A stretch of DNA of 64,000 bases from Octopus sinensis (taxonomy: Eukaryota): contig NC_042997.1 of assembly GCF_006345805.1 (NCBI RefSeq), positions 115,196,001-115,260,000 on the forward strand, written 5' to 3'. Positions 1 through 13,546 of this stretch are shown piece by piece. The notes below the pieces were generated by a model. That model made no database searches. It was not told where the DNA came from and saw only the letters and a program-made list of their open reading frames with translations. Position numbers and translations under genes: made by a program. Every line of letters begins with the position of its first letter. Positions within the stretch are counted from its first letter, which is position 1.

Positions 1-123
1 AAGGAAAGGCGGAAGATGGAGGGTTCGAGATTTTTATTAATCCCTACAATTGTTTCGACCATGCTTTACCAGTAGGCTACCAGGTATAAACCATTCGTTT
101 TATTATCTAATATATATACATAT

Positions 124-385
124 AATAATAAATAAATGCACCCTTTTCAAGCCTAGCCAGGCTCATAGACCCGGTTTTCTCGGTTTCTATGGCGTATGCG
201 TTCCCCAGTTGGACGGGACGCCACTCCATCACGGTGATACTCATTTTTGCCAGCTGAGTGGATTGGAGCAACGTGAAATGAAGTGCTTTGCTCAAGTACA
301 CAACGCGTCGCCCGGGCCAGGAATCGAAACCACAATCTTACGATTATGGTGCTGACACCCTAACCACTAAGCTACGCGCCTCCAC
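124..385 (-). mobile_element. tRNA-derived SINE with CORE-like centre
   Basis: A/B boxes (TAGCTTAGTGG / GTTTCGATTCC) and a ttgagcaaagcacttcattt core-like segment. Relatives at 26338-26599, about 30600-30845 and 43777-44070. Confidence 0.75.
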
Positions 386-900
386 ATATATATACATATA
401 GGATCTCATACATAGATACATATTCTTTTATTCTTTTTCTCGTTTCCGTCATTTGACTGCGACCATGTTGTAGCACTGCCTTTTAGTCGAAGGAATCGAC
501 CCCTGGACTTATTCTTTCTAAGCCCGATACTTATTCTATCGATCTCTTCAGCTGAACCGCTAAGTTATGGGGACGTAAATACACCAACATTGGTTGTCAA
601 GTGATGGGTGGGGATGCACAAACACAAACATAAAGATACACACGTAAATACTCACACACACACACACACACACACAAATGTAAAAACTTACTGTTGACAA
701 AAGCTGCGTGGCGTTACAAAGACAAAGACAGATGTAGGAACAATAAGCAAGTGTATTCGTTTGACGCTCTGGAAAAATGGAAAAATCTTCTACGTTTCGA
801 GCCTACGCTCTCCAGCAGAACGGAATAAGAGAAAATAAACAGAGAGAGAACGTTAAAAAACGGTTGATTTCAGTGGTCCAACATGGCGAATATATATATA

Positions 901-1215
901 CGAGGGTGAGTTAAAAAGTAATGCCATTTTGTTTAGGACAGATTTAGCTACCAACACAGGAACATGTATCATACATCTAAGTGAAACTGGCCCTCTGTGG
1001 ATCACATCCCTACTTCTCAACATAGTCACAGTTTCTTTCATTAGCAATGTCCCACCTTCGAATGAGAGCATGTGTCCCTGCCCCGTAAAATTCTGTTGAC
1101 TGTTCTTTGATCCACTTCTTCACAACAATTTTCACTTCCTCGTCATTGGACTATCATCGTCACTGGACTATCATCTCTTCGGCCCCATGAAAGAGGGTTT
1201 CAGAGGCAAACATTA
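901..1215. mobile_element. Mariner 3'-end fragment with an internal inversion
   Basis: TA|CGAGGG terminus. Minus strand 1010-1152 encodes SNDEEVKIVVKKWIKEQSTEFY...DYVEK*. The preceding DYHLFGPMKEGFRGKH segment lies on the + strand at about 1166-1213. Confidence 0.75.
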
Positions 1216-2065
1216 ATCAGAAGAGTTAGTACAAGTCACTGAGCCGCCGAGATAAGTAAAGGGCTCGGAATACTTCAGGGGCTCTCCGTGTACTATCACT
1301 GGTTTGAAGTTTCTCAATTTATGAACATATTTCAGTGGGAACTGGTAGAGCAGCCCAGTCTTCGATGTGTTGATCTTGAGGCCAAATATGTCTGTTGCAC
1401 AAGAAAACTGGCCCACAGTGTGTTGCATCATCTCAGTGCTGTTGGCCACGAGCGCTGAGTCGTCTGATACACATTTACCTTATTTTGGTGAAGGCACGAA
1501 AATAGGTTAAGTTGAAGAGCCTTGTCTGTTCTGGTGTGAATGGAAACCCCTTTGTATAGATTAACCTTCGCGTGTTGTTGTTATATATATATAATGTATT
1601 GAGTATTAAAGGAAGTAGTGAGTACTTAGTATGAAAGATTAAGAAAATGAGAGAGACTGAAAAACGTGTTAACGATACGAGATACTTTATTAGACTGCCG
1701 TTGTTGTACAAGGTATTTGTTGTGGCGGGAAACTTACTGAATGTCCTTGTATCAAGGGAGACAATGGGCAACGTTGATTGTTCATGTTTGTTGTGATGAT
1801 TACATAACACGTTGTGTCAAACACAGCTGCGAAGTAAAGCGAGAACAGTGTGAGAGAAAACACACACCCCTGCTTCACACCGTTGGTGACTGGAAATGCT
1901 TCGCTAATTTCTTTGGCAACTGAGACTAACCATTTCACTCCTGTATGGAACAGCTTGATGAAGTTAACAAGCTTGTAGGAGCAGCCATGAGCCTCCAGCA
2001 ATTTTCAGAGAGTTTTTCGTTCCCCCGTGCCAAATACCTCAGAAAAGTCCACAAGCACCGCGAAG
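1213..2065 (-). mobile_element. Degenerate RTE RT relic, interrupted at about 1476-1690
   Basis: Peptides FPVTNGVKQGCVFSLTLFSLYF and FGLKINTSKT...FTYLGG. Confidence 0.8.
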
Positions 2066-2372
2066 ACGGGTTGGTATTGCTCTGTTACTTTCTCCTGGAG
2101 GTTAAATAGACTAGAAATTTAAAGGAGGCATTTGCTACATTTAGTATGCTAGTTGCATTATCAATAAAACAATGAGGAACAGCTCGCGCCCGCATTTAAG
2201 CAAAACTGTCCTTTAAAGCAAATCTCACAACAAAAATATCGTAAACATGTCTTAACAGATTATAGCATTAACGAGATAACGAGGGGTTCCTGACACTGCA
2301 GGCCCGTCTCCAGATTTTGTTACCTGATGGGTGCTTCAGAAAATTCTGTGTGGGCCCTAATTTGTAATAATG

Positions 2373-2388
2373 TGTAGTGAAATTAATC

Positions 2389-2442
<54 letters not shown>

Positions 2443-3422
2443 ATATATAACATAAATACGGACGTAGCAGATAACAGCCAACCTTCGGCCGCTTAGGCCC
2501 AGTTTTGTCCACTACTCTGATTGGTTTGGTGCAGTTTGTCTCTTGCTTTATTTCGCGCCAATGTGCGACCCAACCAATCGCAGCCTTCTGATAAGGTCCC
2601 GTGACACAGTCTTCTAAATTTTCTTCTGGAGCCTACTAATCTTTATAAAGCTAGTCACAACAAACCATAACTTGTCTTTGGTTCTAGTCCTTCTAAGGAC
2701 TAACCTCTGACCACAGAGCACTCAGCCATGTTCCAACGACTCAACCAGTTCCAGCGATAGACAGCGATAACACCACCGCTGCATTTCAGGACCTTCACCA
2801 CCGTCACCTTCATCTTAACGTCGTCTCCACCACCGTCGCCTTCATCTTAACGACGTATACAGCCATTCGCTTAGGTTTAACTTCACGCTGTTTGTGAATA
2901 TTTCACCATGGTTAACAGCAAGACCTACCTGCGAGAACCTTCTGTACCAAGTAAACCGGCACAGCATAGAAGTCACAACCGCTTACTCGACATGAGTTTC
3001 AACCGGCTCTGCAATTGTAGCCTATGAACTAACTATTGCGTTCATTACTACGAACTGGTAATCTAACTTCATCTTGTGTCTGAATATTCATCTAGCGTCC
3101 TATTGTAAACACTTTCTATGCTCTGTATTTTATCTCACACGCATACACTCTTCGTTTGTACACACATACACATTATTGTATGCTTGACGGCCTGTCTATT
3201 ATTATTCTCCTATATGTACTTATGTCGCACTCACGGGCATACACTCTGCTAACATCTAAATAGACCTTTCTCTTAAACCATTCTACGGTTGTATCGTCTT
3301 CTTATTCATTTTGGCACTTGTATTCATTTATCCATATTTTGGCTTTTATTGTAAGCCGACCGTGCGGTGTTTAAAGGAGTCGTTCATTCGTCACCATCTC
3401 CTTTTCGCACGGTCATTCTACA
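2373..3422. mobile_element. Solo LTR (Gypsy-like, 4-bp TSD)
   Basis: TGTAG...CTACA termini flanked by AATG (2369-72 and 3423-26). Internal CCAAT and TATA-like motifs. Confidence 0.75.
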
Positions 3423-3707
3423 AATGTTAAAGTGGAGTTTCGAAATAAGTGCATCACTGTAAATCTGACGGTGCATCTGAAGGTGTCAGGGCCGTCTAGT
3501 GCACCCCTTTAGCGATGTGTATACTACGTTGTCGCTCGACCTGCAAGAAATAGCAACCAAATATTCCCTTAATTACACTATACCATCTTTAAAAATGTAA
3601 TCTAGTGTTTGAAGGAGGCAAGATGGGATAGTCACGGCTGGCATTCATTTGATGAAATGCCTGCTTGATGAGGGCTAACCTGCAGTTTGATTAGGGATAA
3701 CCTTTCT

Positions 3708-4068
3708 CTTTACTCTTTTACTTGTTTCAGTCATTTGACTGTGTCCATGCTGGAGCACCGCCTTTAGTCGAGCAAATCGACCCCAGCACTTATTCTATCG
3801 GTCACTTTTGCCGAACCGCTAAGTTACGGGGACGTAAACACACCAGCATCGGTTGTCAAGCGATGTTGGGGGACAAACAGACACACAAACACACATATAT
3901 ATACATGATGGGCTTCTTTCAGTTTTCGTCAACCAAATCCACTCACAAGGCTTTGGTCGGCCCGAGGCTATAGTAGAAGACACTTGCCCAAGGTGCCACG
4001 CAGTGGGACTGAACCCGGAACCATGTGGTTGGTAAGCAAGCTACTTACCACACAGCCACTCCTACGCC
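3708..4068 (-). mobile_element. SINE family A (tRNA-like head, internal microsatellite, (AAAAGAGT)n tail)
   Basis: Abundant family. Other copies at about 4163-4500, 5212-5631, 29900-30468, 35510-35950, 45411-45743, 47700-48000 and 48730-48905. Confidence 0.8.
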
Positions 4069-4530
4069 AATGATATATCGCAGACGATATTTGTATAATG
4101 GAGAAATGACGTGTGTATACTAATTATAAGTTGTTCGCGTTCACACTATTAGTTTTTTACCTTTTACTTGTATCAGTCATCGGACTGGGCCTATGCTGGT
4201 GCATCGCTATGAAGGGTTTAGTCGAACAAATCGACCTCAAGACATATTTTTTAAAGTCTGATAATTATTCTGTCGTCGTCTTTTTGTTGAACAGCTTAGT
4301 TGCGGAGACGTAAACAAACGAACACGGGTTGTGAAACGGTGACAGACACAAAGCGACAAACACACAAACACGCGCGCGCGTATGTGTGTGTAGCTTCCAT
4401 ACAGTTTCTGTCTGCCAAATTCACTCACAACTCCTTGGTCGGCTCGGAGCTATGATAGACTCTCGCTCAGGGTGTCACGCAGTGAAATTGAACCTGAAAT
4501 CACATGGTTGCAAAACGACTTTAAACTTAA

Positions 4531-4895
4531 CTAGCAGTATCGCCCGGCGTTGCTCGGGTTTGTTTCGACCCTTTACAATTGGAATTTTTCAAAAGTAATA
4601 ATTTTGCATTATGTAGCTTGTTATTCTCTTTAAGTGTACATTTTTCTGGTTGAAATACACCGAAAAATGGCGACACAGCAGTCAAAAAATTGTAAAAAAT
4701 AGGGATTTTCATAGAAAAAAAGCACCTTTTTTATGTAAATAATCTTTGGTCTTAACATGGTCAGATTTGAATTTTTTCTTCTACGGAAGGAAGAGCAAGC
4801 CTTCTATCATAGTCGCAGGGTCTCGGAGAAGATAGTGTTAGTTGAAGGCTACCAAACCTGCCATACACAGACAACCCCAGCTTTATATAGAGAGA
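4531..4895 (-). mobile_element. Non-autonomous Helitron-like element
   Basis: Same family as 9431-9825; A|TC start and CTAG|T end on the - strand. Confidence 0.7.
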
Positions 4896-5432
4896 TTTCA
4901 TAACGTTGTCTCTGAGATATTGTGGTTTGTTTGTTCTTCTAGTTTCAATTCAATATCGATATATGGTTTTATTTACTCGGTCACGGACAACAGACATCTC
5001 CTGGGGGGAAGAAATAGGTTGCACATCTGCACACTAAGATAATTTCACTTTAACAAAACTTTGAGAGGGCTTTTTTCATTCTTTTTAACAGCAGGTGTGG
5101 GTAAAATTTAATATGGAAGACTTTAAAGACAAAGATATTGATTTGAAAAGTTTCTTTTTCTTGTGCAATGTTATTGTTTAGTCGCATGGCAGATCTGTTT
5201 TGAGCAGATGTATACTCTTTTACTTGTCTCAGTCATTTGACTGTGGCCATGCTGCAGCACCGCCTTTTAGCCGAGCAAATCGACCCCAGGACTTATTCTT
5301 TGTAAGCCTAGTACTTATTCTATCGGTCACTTTTGCCGAACCGCTAATTTACGGGGACGTAAATACACCAGCATCGGTTGTCAAGCGATGTTGGTGGGAC
5401 AAACACGGACACACAAACACACACACACACAC

Positions 5433-5463
<31 letters not shown>

Positions 5464-6096
5464 TATATATATATATATAATATATATATATATATAATAT
5501 ATATATATATATACAAGGCTTTGGTCGGCCCGAGGCTATAGTAGAAGACACTTGCGCAAGGTGCCATGCAGTGGGACTGAACCCGGAACCATATGGTTGG
5601 TAAGCAAGCTACTTACCACACAGCCACACCTATATGTTTAAATGTATTCCATTTGTGGATGTACATCAGCAATGCAACTCACTCGACATCGTCAAAAGTG
5701 AAAGTGTTGCGTTAAATTATCGTAAAATTTCATATTATAAGACGTTACTTTGCGCCTGTCGAATTTAGATTCTTAAGAACTTTCGAAGAGTTTCTAATTT
5801 AGGCATATGGCAATTTAAGGTTTGAGTGAAAACTGATTGCATCGATCTCAGTACTTAACTAGTACTTTATTTTATCGATTCCAGTAGGATGAAAGACAAT
5901 GTTGACTGCAGTGGATTTGAACTCAGAGTGACACAACTATAAGACAACGCATTTTGTTCGACGCGCGATTCTGTCAGTCCATCTCATTCTTAACCTATAA
6001 TACCATGTTATAACACAGTGTTGAAACTACAAGAGTTGATAATCCACAATAATCCAATGTATAAGTTTTTAATATTTCATTTTTATATAAAATATA

Positions 6097-6487
6097 TCTA
6101 TATATACAAAGCTAAAGTTGTGTGTGTGTGGCAGGTTTGGTAGCCTTCAACTAACACTATCGCCTCCGAGACCCTGCGGCGCAAGTTTACCAAAATTGAG
6201 AGTATGACAAAAGAAGGCTTGCTCTTCATTCCGTAGAAGATAAAATTCAAATCGGACCATGTTAACACTAAAAATTATTTACATCAAAAAGGTGCTTTTT
6301 TTCTATGAAGATCCCTATTTTTTTACGATTTTTTGACTGCCGTGTTGCCTTTTTTCAGTGTATTTCAACCAGGAAAATGTTCACTTAAAGAGAATAACAA
6401 GCTACATAATGCAAAATTATTACTTTTCAAAAATTCCAATTCTAAAGGGTCGAAACAAAGCCGAGCAACGCCGGGCGATACTGCCAG
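6097..6487 (+). mobile_element. Non-autonomous Helitron-like element
   Basis: A|TCTAT start, subterminal GC hairpin, CCAG|T end. Confidence 0.7.
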
Positions 6488-6594
6488 TTTAAAAACAAAC
6501 ATTAGTTATAAGAATCTGGAATCTCCCAGAGACGTGGAATATTTGGTTTGCTACGGTTGAACTCGAAGTAGTTATGGCTATAAATAATTGCGTG

Positions 6595-7400
6595 TGTAGC
6601 AGTGATTCAAAACTGAATCTTTGGACACGCGGTCAAACATCACGAGAAGACCACCACAGTTTCACGTGATCGGTCTGTTAACCGACCAATCAGCGTGAAG
6701 CGATGGCGTGGACAGGTTTCGACTTCCACTTCCCTATAAAAACCGTTCGGCATGCTTTTTTTTTTACCAGCCAGACGACCCAGGAAGGAGGCTATGACAG
6801 ATGGCGCAGATAGATGACAGGAACCTGCGTCGTCACGAATATAGCACAATTGTTTCCAGTTATGTTGGGCAAGACGCGTGTTGCCGTATCAATAGCTTGC
6901 CATTGTGGTGTATGCGGGAGATTTGAAATAAGGACACCTACGTTCTCTTCAACGACGGAGACTTCTCCAGTGGTAATGCACCCTTCCACGCGGCCCGATC
7001 CGAACATTAGAAATAGCAGCTGCTTTCCCCCTACCTTAACAACGAGCTCACACGTCCGACTCGCTCGGTTACCTCGATCGAAAAGGCCCAATGCTGCCCT
7101 ACCTGCGCGCATGTCACTCCTGCCCCTTCCTCTTCCGGTCAGCCCCAAGTTCCGGTCAACTCCCCAGCTACTGACGTCATCCCACAGCCATAAACACCAA
7201 GCAGTATCTCACGCCTAGCATGTAATTATTGCTGTTATCTGTAAAAGGCCAACGCAGTTTATCTTTACGCGCGATAATAAAATCTTAAATGTTCACGGTG
7301 TTGTTCAGTTACTTCTTTCATACAGCCCAAGAAACACATTTTCATTCATTGACTCAACCAGTCACCATCACAAATCAGCCAACAACAACACCCTTCAACA
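6595..7400 (+). other. TATA-ORF-AATAAA cassette, copy 1 (old solo LTR or decayed small gene)
   Basis: CACGTG at 6663, CCAAT at 6686, TATAAAAA at 6735. ATG frame 6801-7193 has three internal stops. AATAAA at 7276. Confidence 0.4.
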
Positions 7401-8476
7401 TCCGCGCGAGTTTTTGAAGGGAGGGGGATAGTCGGTTACATTAACTCCAGCTCTTGACTGGTACTTTATTTTATCGACCCCAAAGGGATGAAAGATAAAG
7501 TCGACCTCAACAGAATTTGAACTTTAGTAAAATTAGAATAATTCTTTCTACTATAGGCACAAGGCCTGAAGTTTTAGGGGAGGCGCAATCGATTACATCA
7601 ACTTAAGTGAGCAACGAGTATTTATTTCATCAATTCCTTTTCTACTCTAGGCACAAGACCCGAAATATTTTGGGCGGGGACCAGTCGATTAGATCGACTC
7701 CAGTACGTAGCTGGTACTTAATTTATCGATTCCGAAAGGATGAAAGGCAAAGTCGACCTCGGCGGAATTTGAACTCAGAACGTAAAGACAGACGAAATAC
7801 CGCTAAGCATTTTTCCCGGCGTGCTAACGTTTCTACTAGCTCCTATTCCGAAAGGATGAAAGGCAAAGTCGATTTCGGTGGAATTTGCACTTGGAATTTC
7901 ATCTGACTTTCTGCACTCAGAAATACAGATGAAATTCCACTAAGTGTGCCATCTGGCTTGATAACGATTCTACTTGCTCGCCGCCTCTAGTGAAATGAAA
8001 ATAATACGTGTAAATTACACAGTTGTATAGCAATTACATCGCAGAAATAGTCATTTTAACCACCTAAAAACACACAAAAAAATTGCTACATTCACTGCAT
8101 TTATTTGGAACTATGTCTTCGTAAGTGGGTCGGTGACCAGAATTGTATGGAAATGTTAACATCTCAAGAAATAAAAAAAGAAGTGAATATCTTTGAAGTT
8201 AAAATGGTTCTGTAAGTTTCGAAACACGTAACAGAACAAGTTATTTGTCAGACAAGTACAATCCTGAAATAGTTTACATGAAAGTATTTGTGAATATACT
8301 CAGAAGTCTCCGTGTTTTACAGTATCAAATTAATGTATGAAGAAATTGTTGAACATAACAAAGGTTGGACAAATGATAAAATAAAAAGAGAAAGAAGCAG
8401 CAGCGGCGGCGGCAACTATAAGAACAAAATAATAAAATTATGTGAAGACAAAATACGATTAATTTTTCTAGAACAT

Positions 8477-8804
8477 TGTAAAGCAGTGATTCAAAATCTA
8501 ACCGCTCAGACACCACGAGTAAACCACCATTGTTTCCCGTGATCGACAAGTCGGCAAGAGGCTGTGGCGTGATATGGTTTTTCAAGAATTCTAGAACAAA
8601 ACCTCTTGTCCCCTCTAAAAGCCGTTTTTAGCGGTCATTTAATCACAGAGTGTTTAAGGCAGATTAATGACTCGTGCCTCCACTCTTGCCATGTAGACAG
8701 CTAAGAACTTTCTGTCGCCTAGGAGATTTATACAGTTTGACTTCATATATTCCTGGAACGACCGCATGTTGTCACATAGATAACTTTCTATAATTTCAGA
8801 GCTG

Positions 8805-8880
<76 letters not shown>

Positions 8881-9054
8881 AGTCAGCTATTATTAATGTT
8901 GTTCATTGTGAATAGCCAATACCAAATATCTTTACGCCCGGCAATAAATATTGCAGTTAAATTTTCGCCATTTGCTCTTCACTATTCACGCAGCCAACGA
9001 AATATATTTTCATTTATCAGTTCCACATCAAACCAACCAAGCCACCTCGCGACA
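8477..9054 (+). other. Diverged paralog of the 6595-7400 cassette
   Basis: Shares the 5' block (gcagtgattcaaaa...accacca..gttt.cgtgatcg), a TATA-like block (ccctctaaaagccgtt) and the 3' block (tatctttacgc.cg..aataaa...attttcatt). Confidence 0.45.
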
Positions 9055-9430
9055 ATGGAAAGGTTAATACGAATGTAACTGAGTTTTAAATCTTTAAATA
9101 TTGTATGAATTAAAGTGGTCGTCAAAATTGTCTGTGAATAAAATGTTTTAAACAATACATTGACATGATCAAGCTTGTACGTGAAAACATTTTTCCCAAT
9201 TTGCCATTGTACTGATTATGCGCGTCTTTGATAGCCAGTGTGTATGTGAACAATTAAATGATAATGTACATATACGTATAGAGCGATGTATTCGTTATGT
9301 GTGATGTGTAGCGTGTTTTATTGTGTGTATGTCGCAATGAATGTATAGAAAATCAAGATGTCGAATGACGTAAGCAAGGCGAAGTCATGGAGGTGTATGT
9401 GACGGCTTTCTTTTTATAGTGTAAATGTAA

Positions 9431-9825
9431 TCTATATATATATATAAAGCTGAAGTTGTCTGTGTATGGCAGGTTTGATATCCTTCAACTAACGCTATCT
9501 CCTCCGAGACCCTGCGGCGCAAGTTCACCAAAATTGAGAGTATGATAGAAAAAGGCTTGCTCTTCCTTTCGTAGAAGAAAAAATTCAAATCGGACCATGT
9601 TAACAACAAAAATTATTTACATCAAAAAGGTGCTTTTTTTCTATGAAAATCCCTATTTTTTACGATTTTTTTTACTGCTGTGTCGCCATTTTTCGGTGTA
9701 TTTCAACCAGAAAAATGTTCACTTAAAGAGAATAACAAGCTACATAATGCAAAATTTTTACTTTTGAAAAATTCCAACTGTAAAGGGTCGAAACAAAGCC
9801 GAGCAACGCCGAGTGATACTGCTAG
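9431..9825 (+). mobile_element. Non-autonomous Helitron-like element
   Basis: A|TCTAT...gccgagcaacgccgagt..CTAG|T; no TSD. Confidence 0.75.
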
Positions 9826-10319
9826 TATCGTATATGATTATGAAAGAAAATTTCTTATAATATGTGAAGGAGATTTTCATAGTTTATGCGTGTGTCCCTG
9901 AAGGAAGTTTTTCATAGCGTGTGTGACTATGAAGGATAGATTTTCATGGTGTGCGTGCGTGCATGCGTGTGTGTATGTGCATGCGTGTGTGTATGTGCGT
10001 GTGTGAAAGGAAGTTTTTCATCGACAGCTTTTTATTGATTGAGTTACAAAACCCAACACAATGGAGTGGCTCGCAAAGTGCGATTCTCTTCATAGGTGTA
10101 GTGAGTGCGGGGGGGGGGTGAAAGTGAATTATCTTTACATTGAGATTTGATGTGACATAGAGCTTTGCCAGGATTGCAACGATCTCTGCTGAATTGAAAA
10201 AGAATAAAAAAAGAATAGTAAAAATATACGGATAGACACACACACACATACGTACGTACATCCACATCCATTTACCCAACCAACCAACCAACCAACCAAC
10301 CAACCATCCATCCATCCAT

Positions 10320-10800
10320 ACATACATACATACATGCATATATGATGGCCGTCCACTCGTGACCGAGGAAGACCATTGCTGACCTTCAGGAACATTGTGC
10401 GCTCTAGGACTAACTTATATTTTGCATTTGCGGCTCCGCTGGTGACTAATGAGCCCTGCTCTTGACAAGCATACACGACTGCAAACATTGCAGACCAAGC
10501 TTTCCCCATTCACTATACGAGCCGTGCGCTTTCGCGCAGCTCGCTTAAGTTCTTCATGCTGGATACGTGCTCTCTCAAAAGTGTCGATCCCTTCCTTAAC
10601 CTGCTTCCTCCATCTGTGGCGATGACAGGCATTGTTCTCCCAGTCAGTGTCCTGCATATCAAAGGCCTTTAACGAGGACTTGACACAGTCCTTAAATCGC
10701 AGCCTTGGTTTCTGCCGGAGTCTCCTTCCATTCACAAGTTCTCCATAGAGCATCTGCTTAGGAATCCTTCTATCCTCCATTCTAATAAGGTGTCCAGTCC
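10320..10800 (-). mobile_element. BovB-like RTE 3' fragment between (CATA)n tracts
   Basis: WTGHLIRMEDRRIPKQMLYGEL...CNVCSRVCLSRAGLISHQR C-terminus followed by a short 3' UTR. Confidence 0.85.
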
Positions 10801-12469
10801 AACATACATACATACATACATACATACATACATACATACATACATACATACATACATACATACATACATCGTGGCTGCTCCCTCGTTATCGAGTATGGCC
10901 ATTGCACGAAGCTTAATCAATGTTGTTATCGTGCAATGAATGTGCAAGAAAATTTTTTTTTAAAGTGAGGAAAGGCTGTGCACTGAGTCAATCCCACTCA
11001 CTAAACAACAGCAGCCATAATCCGAAAAGAAGAACAAGTCAACATCATCGGTAACCACTGAGCCGCAGGTTTTATGTCGGAGTTATCCCAGTTACCTGAG
11101 TTAGCTTCTCCCAGAAGGATGCCCTAACAAAGGCTAGGAGTCCTTCACTCCCAATGGTTAAAACCGCGCGATCAGGTATTCAGTCCGATTATTTTTATGT
11201 CCCCGCGCATGACACAGCCTTAAGACATTCATTGGATGGCCGTTGACTCTCAAGAATTCCTCTGCCCTTTGACGGGTTTTGTTTTTCATCCCGCAGGGTG
11301 TCTTGAAACACTGAACAAACAAACATACATACATACGATGGACTTTCACAAGCTTGTCTACCAAAACCACTCACAAGGTATTGGTCAGCCATGGGCTATA
11401 GTAAAAGACACTTGCCTAAGGTGCCATGCAGTGGGACGAAACCTGAAACCCTGTGGATGTAAAGCTAGCTTCCTCATCACGCAGCTATGTGTACGCCTAA
11501 TGCATAAGAAATATATATAAACAATGTATTCGGAGTCAACATAACGTACTTAAAATTCTGCCGTTAGAAAAGGAAAAAAATAATTAGCTTAATAAATAAC
11601 TAGATGGACCTGTGAAAATTTAAAGTTTTGTAAATATTTTTATATTTTGACATAATACTCCTGACAATTTCGATAAACAACACTTTTTAATGAGTTTAAT
11701 TTAATTGAATTAACGTAATTACATAATTACAGAATAAATAATGTTTATCGTTACGAAACAGCTGTTGAGCACAATTAAAATATGAACTATACGTGAAACA
11801 TTTGCTTTTCTGCTTTTACTCTATGTTGCTCTATAGGATCGTTTTAGCCGATTATGTAGATACATACTAGGCGGTCGCACTTGGAATTACTGCAATGTAA
11901 TAACGTGTTGGAGTTTTTACGACCTTTCATTCATTAAGCTCTTAATTAACGTGCATTTATTTTTTGATGTTTAACTACCAATTCTCTATAAAATTATATA
12001 ATGAATAATAAATTTATAAATCTTCATCAGTTTCTTTCTAAACAATTTCGACTGTGACTCTAATTTCCTTCCATGGTTAAATATGTTTTAGCCCGTTATT
12101 CTCACAGTAACAATAATGGGCTCAAATATTGATTTTAAAAAATCTGATACTCTCTTTATTAATGAGAACACAGAATAGAGTTTCTGTCCATATTATTCTT
12201 GTTTGTTCACCATGTTTTTGACAAACACTGGTGTTTTAAAACCGCCTCCCCAATTTTTATTAAACACGGCAGTTTGTTCACTTTGTTTTCAATCCTCCTA
12301 AAATCCCAGCCATGAGTAACTCTGGTTCTAAGCATAACATTCAAATTCGTTTCTTTGCGCCAAAAAACTTAGATGCCACTGATTTTGTTCCATGTCTAAC
12401 ACTCGAACACACCCATTAGTAGAATATTCTGATAACACACGCACCCACATACCCATTTACATATTATTT

Positions 12470-12697
12470 CTTTACTGCCTACAAGGGGCTAAACACAGAG
12501 AGAACAAACAAGGACAGACAAACGGATTAAGTCGATTACATCGAACCCAGTGCGTAACTGGTACTTAATTTATCGACCCCGAAAGGATGAAAGGCAAAGT
12601 CGACCTCGGCGGAATTTGAACTCAGAACGTAGCGGCAGACGACACACTGCTAAACATTTCGCCCGGCATGCTAACGATTTTGCCAGCTTCGCCGCCC
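12470..12697 (-). mobile_element. SINE family B (tRNA-derived)
   Basis: Abundant family (ggcggcgagctggcag...gagttcaaattccgcc). Other copies at about 7640-7990, 16915-17130, 19340-19520, 22155-22385, 25320-25735, 36975-37203, 48260-48390, 54515-54720 and 60400-60560. Confidence 0.8.
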
Positions 12698-12832
12698 TTA
12701 TACCCATTTATATATACACACACATACATTCATACACACACGCGCACACTGAACTATGATGGTGTGCATTTTAACCTTGTCACCACCATAGAGTCAGAAG
12801 TCGTTGGAGCACCATTTTGAAATCCTAGATAC

Positions 12833-13494
12833 GGATCTTTTCCTTTTGAACGGCAGATGTCAACACAATTTCTAGTTAACTAAACGCTTTTAAACTTCGT
12901 ATACTGGTAGAATGTGTTTATAAAACATCATTTTCTCTTGGTTTTATTGAGAAAATTCTATAGTTTGTAAGATATTTCGTCTGAAAATCCGAGCATTTCG
13001 GCAATTTTAACCAATCGATTACCTCCATTTAGGTAAACAACATTTGCTGTGTCTAAAACTGAGACAACATTCTGTAACTAACCCCCCCCCAACCCCTAAC
13101 CCTAACCCTAAATTTTTTTTTGTTAATTGTTAAATTAATTTAATTATTACGCGTGTAAAAAATACTAAAATTATAGAATTACTTTTTATGTTAATTGTTT
13201 AAATTATTTTCCATTGCTTTAGTTTTTTTTTACACGCGTAACAATTAAATTAATTTAACAATTAAGAAAAAAAAATTAGGGTTAGGGTTAGGGCGATAGG
13301 GTTAGTTACAGGATGTTGTCTCAGTTTTAGACGTAGCAATTCGAAAAATTAAACTACGTTAAACAAACAAATTACAATTTTCTCAAGAAAGCCAAGAGAA
13401 AAAAATGTTTTATTTGGACACATTCTACCAGTATACGAAGTTTTAAAGTGTTTAGTTAACTAGAAATTGTCTGCCGTTCAAAAGGAAAAGATCC
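12833..13494. mobile_element. Foldback MITE with GG termini and 8-bp TSD (Merlin-like), internal CCCTAA/TTAGGG runs
   Basis: TIR GGATCTTTTCCTTTTGAACGGCAG; TSD CTAGATAC at 12825-32 and 13495-502; near-complete palindrome. Confidence 0.85.
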
Positions 13495-13546
13495 CTAGAT
13501 ACTTTAAGCAAATCTCTCTTTAGCTCTGAACATGTCATCAGCAATG

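Noticed and set aside
13092-13293. CCCTAA/TTAGGG runs suggesting an interstitial telomere or fusion
   Set aside because: Only about 3 units per side, and they are internal parts of a TSD-bounded MITE.
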